From an uncultured archaeon (GTDB lineage: Archaea > Asgardarchaeota > Thorarchaeia > Thorarchaeales > Thorarchaeaceae), in the NCBI GenBank assembly GCA_964631415.1, contig CAZVZC010000007.1:1-60232 (forward strand): 60,232 bases of DNA, written 5' to 3'. How positions within the stretch are numbered: the stretch's first letter is position 1; the number at the start of each line of letters is the position of its first letter. The notes below the pieces were generated by a model that had not been told where the DNA came from, did not search any database, and was given only the letters and a program-made list of their open reading frames with translations. The translations under genes and the position numbers were made by a program. Shown piece by piece: positions 30,720 through 42,992 of this stretch.

Positions 30720-31223
30720 ATGATATCTCTGAGAAGGATGTTTGTGCTCGTACTCGTGGCCGCGTGTCTTCTTGCCATGGTGCCAAGTCAAGCACGCGCT
30801 GGCGGAGGCCACGAGAAAGGGGAAGAAACGGACTGCGTGCAGGTCGCCATCAAGAACGCTGAATACTGTGACCTTGACGGGGATGGCAGTCAAGACGATG
30901 TCGTGACTGCGTTTCGAATCAAGGTATTGTCAGATGAGGCCGTTTTCAAGAAGACAGAGATCTACTGCTTCCTGATCCTTCCATCCGGAAGGGCTTTCGT
31001 TGTGGGGATTGCTCTCAAGGGTGCCTACGTTCAATTGGCTCTGGTCATAGGGTGGTTGAATGTGGTCACGGAGTCTGGTTGGTACACCTTCAGTACATTC
31101 TGCTTCTTGATAGGGGACTCGGCCACCTACTGTGCCTACTCATCTGTTGCGTTTGACCCGCCAACAGGTGGAGATCCAGGACCCCCATTAGCCGAAATAC
31201 TATCCATCGAAGTGAAATACTGA
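30720..31223 (+). CDS. Secreted protein with a DxDxDG Ca-binding-like motif
   Basis: Signal peptide MISLRRMFVLVLVAACLLAM; DLDGDGSQDD; C-terminal FDPPTGGDPGPP. Confidence 0.7.
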   Translation: MISLRRMFVLVLVAACLLAMVPSQARAGGGHEKGEETDCVQVAIKNAEYCDLDGDGSQDDVVTAFRIKVLSDEAVFKKTEIYCFLILPSGRAFVVGIALKGAYVQLALVIGWLNVVTESGWYTFSTFCFLIGDSATYCAYSSVAFDPPTGGDPGPPLAEILSIEVKY

Positions 31224-31268
31224 TACCGTTCAAAACACCTATACCAAACAAACCGATACGGCGAGGGG

Positions 31269-32414
31269 ATGGAACTGAACGCCCTACCCAGTCAAAGTCT
31301 ATCACTTCTCATTGCCATACAGGAGAACCCCTTTGCCACGATTGATGAGCTGGCTAATCGAGCAGGGGTTTCCAAGCCGACAGCTGCGAAGCGGCTTAGG
31401 GAGCTCCAAGGTCAGCGCTCAGCCATTGTGCGTATAGGAAAGGCCGAGGAGAAGGCCTACTTCGTTGTCAAACCGCTTCTGAATCATCATAACCTTGGTT
31501 ACGAGTCTGTTGACGTACTCTTGGAAACCAACGACCTTGAAGGAATTCTCAGACTGGAAGACATAGCGACAAGACATCCGTACACTGCCTATCGTGGTCG
31601 CTGTTACGGGGCTATCAATGGAGAGCTTCTGCAGTTTCGGGCACCTATCGGTACGCGTCCCCTCATAGAAGAGATGGTCAAGCAGATTTCTGACGAGGGA
31701 GTAGTGACTGGCTACAGGTTCCTTCCCGAAGAGAACGAACCCACAGTCTACACATCCCTCAGGATTGACGGTTGGGATCCGAAGACGCTCACTTGGGAAT
31801 TCGATTGGGATGCTTGGTTCACAGCAGAAACGATTGTGGACGAACCAGTAGAGAGAGAAGAATGGCCCGGCAAATCATTATCTTGGCTCACCAGGAACGA
31901 CCTCTACATCCTGCAAGAGCTCATGAAGGGGGCTCGAAGAAAGAACAGTGACCTCATAGAAACGCTCAGGAAGAATGGGACATCCTTCACGCCTCAGACA
32001 TTCAGCAGACGTTATCGCATGATACGGAACGAGTGTATAGATGGCTTCCGTGTGACCTTCGATCCATCTGCCTTCGACATCTACACTAATGTCCTGATTC
32101 TGGGCACAGGTGGAAGTGCGTTTCTTCAAAGGTTAAGAACGAAGATGGTGAGGAATCCGATTCCTTTTGAGTCTACGATGAGGGTGTCCGGGAACCAGCT
32201 CTTTTGGTGCATTAGGCTCCAACCCAGCCATCTGTCACCGGTGCTGACCAACCTGTTCTCTTCTCTGAAACAGATGACTGTTTGTCTCCTAGACTACACA
32301 TACTCCTACTTGTACTACGTGTGGCCCGAGACACTTGACGAAAACACCCACTCGTGGCGAACAGAGCGCCAGTTCATGATCAATGATGTGCTTCGGTCGA
32401 CCAAACAAAAATGA
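31269..32414 (+). CDS. Large multi-wHTH AsnC-like regulator
   Basis: LLIAIQENPFATIDELANRAGVSKPTAAKRLREL; second HTH LTRNDLYILQEL...QTFSRRY. Confidence 0.8.
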   Translation: MELNALPSQSLSLLIAIQENPFATIDELANRAGVSKPTAAKRLRELQGQRSAIVRIGKAEEKAYFVVKPLLNHHNLGYESVDVLLETNDLEGILRLEDIATRHPYTAYRGRCYGAINGELLQFRAPIGTRPLIEEMVKQISDEGVVTGYRFLPEENEPTVYTSLRIDGWDPKTLTWEFDWDAWFTAETIVDEPVEREEWPGKSLSWLTRNDLYILQELMKGARRKNSDLIETLRKNGTSFTPQTFSRRYRMIRNECIDGFRVTFDPSAFDIYTNVLILGTGGSAFLQRLRTKMVRNPIPFESTMRVSGNQLFWCIRLQPSHLSPVLTNLFSSLKQMTVCLLDYTYSYLYYVWPETLDENTHSWRTERQFMINDVLRSTKQK

Positions 32415-32479
32415 AACCGCAGAATCAGATAGAAGCGTCTTCTGTTCGCCGGGTGTGACTGATGGGCACATCATGGCGA

Positions 32480-33193
32480 TTACTTCCTGGCCTCATGAAT
32501 GGCGACGATTCCGGACATTATGGGATAGAACCTGATACGACTGAATCCGGTCTCTCGAATAATCTCTGCAAAACGCTCTGTACCATAGAAGCGAAGCACG
32601 GTCGACGATAGGTAAGTATAAGCTGAACTCGATCTGGAGATTGTATGGCCTATCGTTTTGACGAACCACTTGACATAGGAGCCAAACAGCCATCGGATCA
32701 ACTTGGATGAGGGTTGGCTCGTTTCTAAGCTCACAAAGAGCCCATCAGGTTTCAGGACTCTGTGGAACTCTTCGAGAGTCCCAACCAAGGCGCGTTTCGA
32801 CATGTGGATGTTCCGAATTGCAAAAGCGACTGTTAGAGCATCAAGTGAGCCGCTGCGAAGGGGGAGCGTTTTCGCATCAGCAAGCATGAAGAGCACCCCG
32901 CCTGCTCCCGGTTTCCTTGCGGCCTTCCTGAGCATAGGCGTACTGAAGTCTACTCCAATCACCCTTGTGTCTGCGGCGGCAAAATGACGAAGACTCAAAG
33001 CCATCTCACCGGTCCCACTGCACATGTCAACCCAAGCTGCTCCCCCTTTCCTTGCAGCGAATGCAGCGGCCAATCTTCGCCATATCGTGTCCAAGCCGAA
33101 CGTGAGAGTATGGTTGACGAGCTCATAGGTCGGTGATACCTCGTCGAACATGCTCCGAATGGCCTTGCTCATTGCCTTCATCTCAACTTGCAC
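32480..33193 (-). CDS. menG: UbiE/MenG-family quinone methyltransferase
   Basis: MFDEVSPTYELVNHTLTFGLDTIWRR, DMCSGTG, FAIRN, RVLKPDG; real start may be 33172-33181. Confidence 0.88.
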   Translation of the reverse strand: MQVEMKAMSKAIRSMFDEVSPTYELVNHTLTFGLDTIWRRLAAAFAARKGGAAWVDMCSGTGEMALSLRHFAAADTRVIGVDFSTPMLRKAARKPGAGGVLFMLADAKTLPLRSGSLDALTVAFAIRNIHMSKRALVGTLEEFHRVLKPDGLFVSLETSQPSSKLIRWLFGSYVKWFVKTIGHTISRSSSAYTYLSSTVLRFYGTERFAEIIRETGFSRIRFYPIMSGIVAIHEARK

Positions 33194-33329
33194 TGCTGGG
33201 GATTAAGGCCAGATAGATGTGCTTATCTTGGGTTCGCCGCGGGCACGACAAACCGTGGCACTCTGAAATGGCTGAAAACGAAACCTCGCGCACCGCGTAT
33301 TATTCGTGGCTTTTGGGTTTCGGGAGTGT

Positions 33330-33836
33330 CTAGGTTTCCCGACGCTCGTGTTCGTCGGATGGATGGTACCATGCAACCGCAGCCGCACTGATCTGCTGCA
33401 GTGGGAAGGGAACCATAGTCTGCGTCCACCACCCGTCAGCCATCCCTGTGAAGCCGCCTAGGAAGAAGATCCAAAGGACGAGGCAGGCCACTACAGCCCA
33501 CCCGAGTTTCTTAGCGGAAACTCTACGGGAAAGCCGTCGTACTGCGAGAAAGATGAAAACAGTCGCTGGAAGAGCAAGTGCGCTCCAGAGAAGTGTTAGA
33601 GTATCTGGAAAGGAGAGACCGATTGTGTCAAACGGTCCTGCAATCGTGCTTCCGTAGGCACGAATCAGGACCCATGACAATGCAATCAGGTCGAACCTGA
33701 CATATGAATTGTCAGTGAAGTATGACTGCTGAATCATTAGCGTATGAGGAACGACTAGGAGAACTACTACTAGCGGGAACAGAAACTTGGGAAATACCTG
33801 CACTTGCTTGGGCCATAATGATGAATCTGCAGACAT
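33330..33836 (-). CDS. Hypothetical membrane protein
   Basis: 4-5 hydrophobic segments; VPFP motif near the C-terminus. Confidence 0.65.
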   Translation of the reverse strand: MSADSSLWPKQVQVFPKFLFPLVVVLLVVPHTLMIQQSYFTDNSYVRFDLIALSWVLIRAYGSTIAGPFDTIGLSFPDTLTLLWSALALPATVFIFLAVRRLSRRVSAKKLGWAVVACLVLWIFFLGGFTGMADGWWTQTMVPFPLQQISAAAVAWYHPSDEHERRET

Positions 33837-34040
33837 CCTCGCTCTCCGCCCTGACGAAGAGCATTCACGCGTGTCATATTAAGCGTTAGCTTCACCCTTG
33901 TTCTCGCACTGCACTATTCCGCCTCATGCAGTTGAGAGTCACTGAATACTCACGACAGCTCTGAGCACACAGGAGCGCGCCCGGAGTAGCGAGTAACTAG
34001 GTACATCAGTGTCGTTTGTTCTCAACAGAAGCCTGATAGT

Positions 34041-35078
34041 CTACTTGCTTTCCGCTGTGAACACGTAGGCGACATATGCCCCAGTCTGAACAGCTTGCAG
34101 ACTCGAGTTGGTGCCTAAGATGTCGCCGCATGGGTATGCCCAAGTGTATCCATCTACCGGCATCTTCACTCTCTCGAGCACATCACCATACAGATCATAG
34201 ATTTCTGCAAAGACCTCGTCCTTCTTCATGAACACACCGGGCTTCTTCAGGAACCTAATCAGGCCTCCTCTATTGGCTCGAACAATGCCCCATTCCTTAC
34301 AGGGCCCTTGTACGATCTGAATTCCCTGCTGTGGTTCAATCTGACCGTCAATCATGTCAAAGGTCTTCATGATATTGAGAACGCCCCTCACACCCACGGT
34401 AGTAGAAGGTTCGGATATCCAGCGGCCATCAATCAGTTCGATGAGTATGTCAGGAACACCCTTCTTCGCCGCCATGTTTCCCAACGTGGAAGGCGTATCG
34501 TCTTTCGCTGGTTCGTTGACAACCAGAGTGGTCACTCCAAAGGCCTTTGCCATTCTCTCCAGCTTTTCTCTCGTCTTCGGGTTGCCGATGTTGATTTCTT
34601 GGAAGAATAGAGAATCGGGGCGCGTATTGCAGTGGATGTTGATGACAATGTCAGCCTGACTCCATGCCTCCTGCCACAATGCGTAGGCAAGTCTTTCTGT
34701 CGCCCCACCTTGGGGTTTGTCCGCAGTGAGCAGACTTCCACTTCCTCCGCCGCCGAGATCCAGATTGTCAATCCAAGAAAGGTATTGGTGATGCATGTAC
34801 GCGAGAGGGTTCTCAACCGGGATTCCGATTATGGCACCCCTCAGCTTCTTCGGATCGACCCGCTCCCTCAGGATCTTGAGGACTACCTCTGTGCCCTGAA
34901 TCTCAATCCCGTGTTGTGTGGAAACTATGAGAAGTGTGGGGCCGTCCTTCATTCCATTCATCACGAGAACCGGGATGTCAATGCTAGTAGTGGTGTTGAG
35001 TTCTATTCCTTTTATGATACCTTTCTGCAGTTCGCCTCTCTTGGCAGTCGCAGTCCCGACTTTGAGTCTTTCAGGCAT
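34041..35078 (-). CDS. Succinylglutamate desuccinylase/aspartoacylase-like (M14) metallohydrolase
   Basis: HGIEIQG, IPVENP, INIH, IEL; C-terminal biotinyl-like domain. Confidence 0.88.
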   Translation of the reverse strand: MPERLKVGTATAKRGELQKGIIKGIELNTTTSIDIPVLVMNGMKDGPTLLIVSTQHGIEIQGTEVVLKILRERVDPKKLRGAIIGIPVENPLAYMHHQYLSWIDNLDLGGGGSGSLLTADKPQGGATERLAYALWQEAWSQADIVINIHCNTRPDSLFFQEINIGNPKTREKLERMAKAFGVTTLVVNEPAKDDTPSTLGNMAAKKGVPDILIELIDGRWISEPSTTVGVRGVLNIMKTFDMIDGQIEPQQGIQIVQGPCKEWGIVRANRGGLIRFLKKPGVFMKKDEVFAEIYDLYGDVLERVKMPVDGYTWAYPCGDILGTNSSLQAVQTGAYVAYVFTAESK

Positions 35079-35183
35079 TTTCTCGACCTCGCGATGGTCT
35101 GGCGCACTGTCATAGAAATAACCCTTGTGAAACTGCCAAACGAGCCAGACACGTCACTTCACGCTCTATCCTGTCGCCAGGGC

Positions 35184-35594
35184 TCATACAGCCTTAGTGA
35201 CTTCTACCTCAGCAATGTGACGATATCTGTGACTTGCTGTCTTTGGGCCCCTCTGCGACGTAACCGCCTGAGTTCTGAGGGAGCTCATCGCTACAAAGAA
35301 GGATAGGTCGGGCATGTGCATCTGAAGTGTTGTTCTGAGAGCCTCGATGAGAGGGTCGCCCGTCGGGGTGTCCCAGACGAACTCGTAGAAGGATGTGACC
35401 TCTGAAACGTACTTGTTGCGTACATCCTCCAATGTGATGCCCTTAGGACGTAGAACCAACTTGAGGTAACTCTTACGCTGGCGGAGGGGTCCACTTAGAC
35501 TCAATGCACTTGAGCCTCCTCGATTCGCACCATTATCCCAGCCCATAAATGATTCGACCGTGGTTCGACTTGCATCACTCCCTCCGGTCCGCAA
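35184..35594 (-). CDS. Hypothetical protein
   Basis: ORF only; start uncertain. Confidence 0.4.
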   Translation of the reverse strand: MRTGGSDASRTTVESFMGWDNGANRGGSSALSLSGPLRQRKSYLKLVLRPKGITLEDVRNKYVSEVTSFYEFVWDTPTGDPLIEALRTTLQMHMPDLSFFVAMSSLRTQAVTSQRGPKTASHRYRHIAEVEVTKAV

Positions 35595-35643
35595 GACTTT
35601 TTCGTCAGCTATGCACTAATCGGAGAGATGCCGAGGCTTTCCT

Positions 35644-36495
35644 ATGAGATTATTCATTTCAGTTGACCTTGAGGGCATGCCTTATGTTGTCATACCTGGA
35701 CACTTGACTCTGAAGGGCACTCTGTATGATGAGGCCAGAAAGATTGCTACAAAGATCTCTCTCATCGCCATTGACGAGCTACATAACAACGGAGCCGATG
35801 AGATAGTTGTTGCTGACAGCCATGGCCCAATGGTCAATCTGTTAGTGGACGAGCTGCCTGAGTATGTGGAACTCATCAGGGGCTACCCCAGACCCTCCTC
35901 AATGGTGGCTGGAGCAGAGGGATGTGATGCAGGGCTCTTCCTCGGATACCATTCAAAGGCAGGCACTGCCAAGTCTGTGTTCGATCACACGTACAACAGT
36001 CTCTCTGTTCACCGAGTAGAGGTCAATCGTGTCGAGGCTAGTGAGTTCCTCCTCAATGGCTACTATCTAGGAGACCTGAAAGTACCAGTGATACTCGTCG
36101 CCGGGGACTACCAGCTTCTTGAGGACGACGTGAAGAAGTACGCCCCTTGGACTGAAACTGTTGCGCTCAAACGGTCCCTCAGTCGAAGTTCCGCGGGAAG
36201 CTTCGGGCTAGGTAGAATAGAGAGGGAGCTCAGGGCAGGTGTGAAGAGCGCAATGACGAATCTGAAGGAGCACAGAGCAAAGCCTCTCGTTGCAGACCGT
36301 CCAGTCAGGATGAGGGTGGTTTTTCAGTCGACGTACTTCGCCGATGCTGCTGAGCTACTTCCCATGGTAAAGAGAACCGACGGTCGCACCGTCGAGTATA
36401 CGGGGGCCAACATGACCGAAGCCTACAGGGTGTTCGAGCTCCTTTGCCTTGCTTCTGGTGGAGTAGACTCGATCAAGAAAGATCAACAAACATGA
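35644..36495 (+). CDS. dppA: D-aminopeptidase, M55 family
   Basis: FISVDLEG, VADSHG, GYHSKAG, DHTY, SEF. Confidence 0.93.
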   Translation: MRLFISVDLEGMPYVVIPGHLTLKGTLYDEARKIATKISLIAIDELHNNGADEIVVADSHGPMVNLLVDELPEYVELIRGYPRPSSMVAGAEGCDAGLFLGYHSKAGTAKSVFDHTYNSLSVHRVEVNRVEASEFLLNGYYLGDLKVPVILVAGDYQLLEDDVKKYAPWTETVALKRSLSRSSAGSFGLGRIERELRAGVKSAMTNLKEHRAKPLVADRPVRMRVVFQSTYFADAAELLPMVKRTDGRTVEYTGANMTEAYRVFELLCLASGGVDSIKKDQQT

Positions 36496-36606
36496 GCTCG
36501 GCACACTTAGTTCCGAGGCCTTGAAACTAGCTTGGTAGAGCATAAACCTGATGAAACGACCCAACACTGACAGATACCAAGGTGACTGCTCCAAACAAGA
36601 ACTGGA

Positions 36607-36699
36607 GAAAAACCGAAACCTCAGAGGTGGAAGCATCCTACTCCTTCACAATCCCGGGTACTGTGCGAGTCAGACTTCTGACACGCAGGGTCTTGACAT
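36607..36699. repeat. Degenerate direct copy of the 23S 3' end, trailer and terminator (37296-37390)
   Basis: Shared TCAGAGG-TGGAAGCA, CTCCTT, GGTACTGTGCGAGT, GACAT; about 70% identity by hand alignment. Confidence 0.8.
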
Positions 36700-37175
36700 G
36701 AAGAGTCTACTGGGCCGCGTCCCAGATGAATCCATGCCAACCCAGACAATGCAACTATAGGCGAAACCGGCAAAGGAATGAAAGTGACAATCCAGACATC
36801 CCAGTCTACAAATACACGAAATAGCAGTGTTGGCCAGACAACCTGAATGATTAATACAATCAAGCCAACGAAAAACCCGAGATTCGATTCCTGTTCCCTC
36901 TGTCGGAAGAACTCGTTGTTTGCCACCAATGCTATCGCGGTGGACGTATAGATGACTGGCAAGGTCCACAGAAAACTGAAAACAGTTTCGTGAATGCTAC
37001 CCCCGAGCGGTGTCAAGAGCCAGAGTTGATGGCTCCACAGGTCATAGATCCACCAAGGAAAGACAAGCCACCTGCCAAAGAACTCCAAGGCCATTGTACC
37101 CCAGCGAGTGTAGGACAGCGGAAACAAGAAGGCTGACAACGCGATGAGAATCGACACAAGCCTCCCCCGTTCCAT
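36621..37175 (-). CDS. Hypothetical membrane protein, likely paralogue of 33330-33836
   Basis: Hydrophobic segments, FIPLP motif; tail runs into the repeat. Confidence 0.65.
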   Translation of the reverse strand: MERGRLVSILIALSAFLFPLSYTRWGTMALEFFGRWLVFPWWIYDLWSHQLWLLTPLGGSIHETVFSFLWTLPVIYTSTAIALVANNEFFRQREQESNLGFFVGLIVLIIQVVWPTLLFRVFVDWDVWIVTFIPLPVSPIVALSGLAWIHLGRGPVDSSCQDPACQKSDSHSTRDCEGVGCFHL

Positions 37176-37291
37176 GCCACATCACACCCAGCATTGGCCC
37201 CCGGACTATCACATGTTGAATGGAACATAGACCAAGATAATCCTTCGGATGTCCTGCACTGGGCCTACAGAATGCAATATCCCATGCAGAC

Positions 37292-37310
37292 AGAAGAAAA
37301 AACAAAACTT
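37292..37310 (-). terminator. Oligo-U archaeal terminator of the 23S transcript
   Basis: Minus strand AAGUUUUGUUUUUUCUUCU directly after the trailer stem. Confidence 0.65.
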
Positions 37311-37366
37311 CAGAGGGTGGAAGCACTTATTCTCCTTGACAACTCTAGGTACTGTGCGAGTGACAC
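37311..37366 (-). other. 3' strand of the pre-23S processing stem (BHB half)
   Basis: GCACAGU-ACCU-AGA-GUUGU plus the outer stem CUUCCACCCUCUG. Confidence 0.85.
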
Positions 37367-37372
37367 TTTCGT

Positions 37373-40456
<3,084 letters not shown>

Positions 40457-40463
40457 CCTACTT

Positions 40464-40557
40464 ATATCACCGGCACAGTATAACCTGTTGTGTAGCAAAC
40501 TGCTACATCACATGAAGTCATTCATGCGATCAAAGGAGAATACTCTTCCACCCTCTG
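40464..40557 (-). other. 5' strand of the pre-23S processing stem (BHB half)
   Basis: ACAAC-AGGU-UAU-ACUGUGC (40491-40473) and CAGAGGGUGGAAG pair with the trailer. Confidence 0.85.
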
Positions 40558-40820
40558 CAGTCTCCACACCACATCCTCTTCCACTAATGTGGTTGGGGTA
40601 CGACCCCGAGGCGTGTGTGTGTGACGGTCCCCCATCGAGAATGACGCCATTATGTGCAGACCGCTCCACCTGTCTTCCGGGTAGCCGCCCCGGAGGGTGG
40701 ACCAGTCGTCTGGTCTCGATGAGCCCCTGAGTGGCGAACACAGGTGGCCTCAGTTGAGGTCTTGTGGACCTGCGCGCACCGCATCTAGGGTGCGTGCCTC
40801 CGCAGCCTCTGTAGCTTTGG

Positions 40821-40833
40821 ATTTAAAGCTTCC
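40821..40833 (-). promoter_or_regulatory. BRE/TATA promoter of the 23S transcription unit
   Basis: Minus strand GGAAGC-TTTAAAT; implied TSS near 40797. Confidence 0.6.
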
Positions 40834-41058
40834 TCAGTGTCGAGGTTCACCAGAATGGTTCGAACGACCTTCCATAGCCGTCCAACAACACCTTCTCTAC
40901 TCAACCCTTGAGAAGCAGAGTAACAGTATGCAGTTTCCAGATAAAGCTTGTGACACGACGCGACTGTTTCGTGCCCGAAACAGGTTCAGATGATGGTTAC
41001 CATGTCGAAATGAGTGCCCTATCGGCTGCCGCTGTCAGATGCAAGATTGATGGGGCAG

Positions 41059-41775
41059 TCACTTATGGGTCTGGTCAGAAAGCGACTCGCTCTGCTTCGT
41101 CATCAGATTCTTGATTCCCTTTTCAGCAAGGCTAAGCATGAGGTCAAGGGTCTTCCGGTCAAAGACCGCATTCTCACCAGTGCCCTGTACCTCGACGTAG
41201 CTGTCATCGCGCATGACCACATTCATGTCGACAGCAGCTCGTGAGTCCTCTGGATAGGACAGGTCGAGAAGGACCTCATCATTCAATACACCCACGCTCA
41301 CTGCAGCCACAGAGCCAAGTAGCGGCATCTCACGAATCATGCCCATGTCAACCATGAAGCTAAGAGCATCACACAGAGCCACAAAGCCCCCTGTGACTGA
41401 TGCAGTCCTCGTGCCTCCATCTGCTTGAATCACATCACAGTCAATCTTGATAGATCGTTCCCCTAGGCGGTTCAGGTTCACAGCCGCCCGTAGTGACCTC
41501 CCTATCAACCGCTGAATCTCTTGTTCGCGCCCGGTGACCTTATACCGGTCTGTCCTCTCAGCAGTCGCCCTTGGCAGCATACCATATTCAGCCGTCACCC
41601 AGCCGCGCCCTGTGCCATTCAGCCATGGTGGGACATCCTCCTCGACTGTCGCTGAACATATGACTTGCGTATCGCCAGTTCTTATGAGAACAGAGCCCTC
41701 GGGGTTCTTCAGAAATCCACGCACAATCTCTACAGGTCTGAGTTCATCGTTTGCTCTGCCGTCAACGCGGGTCAT
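41059..41775 (-). CDS. rph: Ribonuclease PH (bacterial type)
   Basis: GRGWVTAEYGMLPRAT, EIQRLIGRSLRA, DCDVIQADGGTRTAS, DLSYPEDS, DMNVVM, EVQGTGE. Confidence 0.92.
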   Translation of the reverse strand: MTRVDGRANDELRPVEIVRGFLKNPEGSVLIRTGDTQVICSATVEEDVPPWLNGTGRGWVTAEYGMLPRATAERTDRYKVTGREQEIQRLIGRSLRAAVNLNRLGERSIKIDCDVIQADGGTRTASVTGGFVALCDALSFMVDMGMIREMPLLGSVAAVSVGVLNDEVLLDLSYPEDSRAAVDMNVVMRDDSYVEVQGTGENAVFDRKTLDLMLSLAEKGIKNLMTKQSESLSDQTHK

Positions 41776-41917
41776 TCTGCGGGCCTCCGTCATTAGTGAG
41801 GAATTGACTGCAATTGCTCTGTTTCGTACGCCAAGCCGCACAGATAGTTTTATTGTTAGTCGCATCGTATCTCATAGACCAGTCGTCAGTCAGTGTTCCG
41901 CCCAGGAGCGGCTCAGT

Positions 41918-42943
41918 ATGTTGGACATCCAGAAGCGATTCGATGCTGTTCTTCTTGAAACCGTCGAGGAGTGGAAGAAGAAGGGCCATGTAAAGGGGAT
42001 CTATGTCTACGGCTCCTACACAAGAGGAAGTGTGACCGCCAACTCGGACCTCGATGTATGCGTGATTTGGGACGAGGACAGAGCTCCGATGGAAGCCCTA
42101 GCAGAACACAAGGCGGTCCGAATCGACATGACGTTTCTAACACCAAAGGATGTTGAAGATGTCCTTGAGAAGAGAACCAAGGAGCCGCTTAGAGTTGCAG
42201 AGGTGGTATGCAGACTCAGGAGCGCAAAGACCGTCCATGACCCGCAAGGCACTCTGAAGAAGTGGCAAGACAGGGCCATGAAATACATATGTCCTGATGA
42301 CGTAGTCACAGGTCTAAAGGCTCGGGCCATAGAATCACTTGAGAGCGCTGCTCGTCTTTCAGAACGGGAGGATGAGACTATCAGTACTGTCTACGAGCTC
42401 CGCGATGCTCTGTTTGATCTTGCAGGTGTCATCCTATTGAAGAACAACCTCTTCTGCATCATCAGGCCGTCTGAGATACTCAGGGAGGTCAGAATGCTGG
42501 ACCCTCTGGCATACGGGCTGTTTCTCCGGGCATTCAAGCTAAAGGGTCTCGAAGAAGAGGAACTACGCGATACTCTGAGTGATGTGAAACACTGGCTAGA
42601 AACAGCTGAGCAGCGTCGTGCAAAGGCAGGAGCAGGCGGCATGGCCACCAAGCTTCTCCTACAAGCACAGAGAGAGTACTACGGTGCCACGGGCCTCACG
42701 TTCTCCGCGGACTATGAACTGGCTGTACTTGAGATGCGGCGATCAATGGCCACGCTCGGACTAGCCCTTCTCGCAATAGACGGCATGGCAGAAACGAAGC
42801 GGAGTGATGTTGTGAAGGAACTGAGAGAGCGTGAGAAGGAGTACTATGAGCAGGTATTCCTGAAGTATGGGTCGTTCGATTTCCAGTCAAAGGGAGTTAA
42901 GCGCAGTATAGGAGAGGCTCAGTTCATGGCGCATAGACTATGA
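41918..42943 (+). CDS. Pol-beta-type nucleotidyltransferase with C-terminal helical (HEPN-like) domains
   Basis: YGSYTRG...SDLDV; start moved from 41534 to ATG 41918. Confidence 0.8.
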   Translation: MLDIQKRFDAVLLETVEEWKKKGHVKGIYVYGSYTRGSVTANSDLDVCVIWDEDRAPMEALAEHKAVRIDMTFLTPKDVEDVLEKRTKEPLRVAEVVCRLRSAKTVHDPQGTLKKWQDRAMKYICPDDVVTGLKARAIESLESAARLSEREDETISTVYELRDALFDLAGVILLKNNLFCIIRPSEILREVRMLDPLAYGLFLRAFKLKGLEEEELRDTLSDVKHWLETAEQRRAKAGAGGMATKLLLQAQREYYGATGLTFSADYELAVLEMRRSMATLGLALLAIDGMAETKRSDVVKELREREKEYYEQVFLKYGSFDFQSKGVKRSIGEAQFMAHRL

Positions 42944-42992
42944 ATCGGGCAACGAGTCATATTGATTAGTGTCAAGCTGCGAGTGATAGACC

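Noticed and set aside
40560-40800. tRNA-Ala, SRP RNA or RNase P RNA in the leader
   Set aside because: No cloverleaf, SRP helix-8 motif or GAGGAAAGUCC
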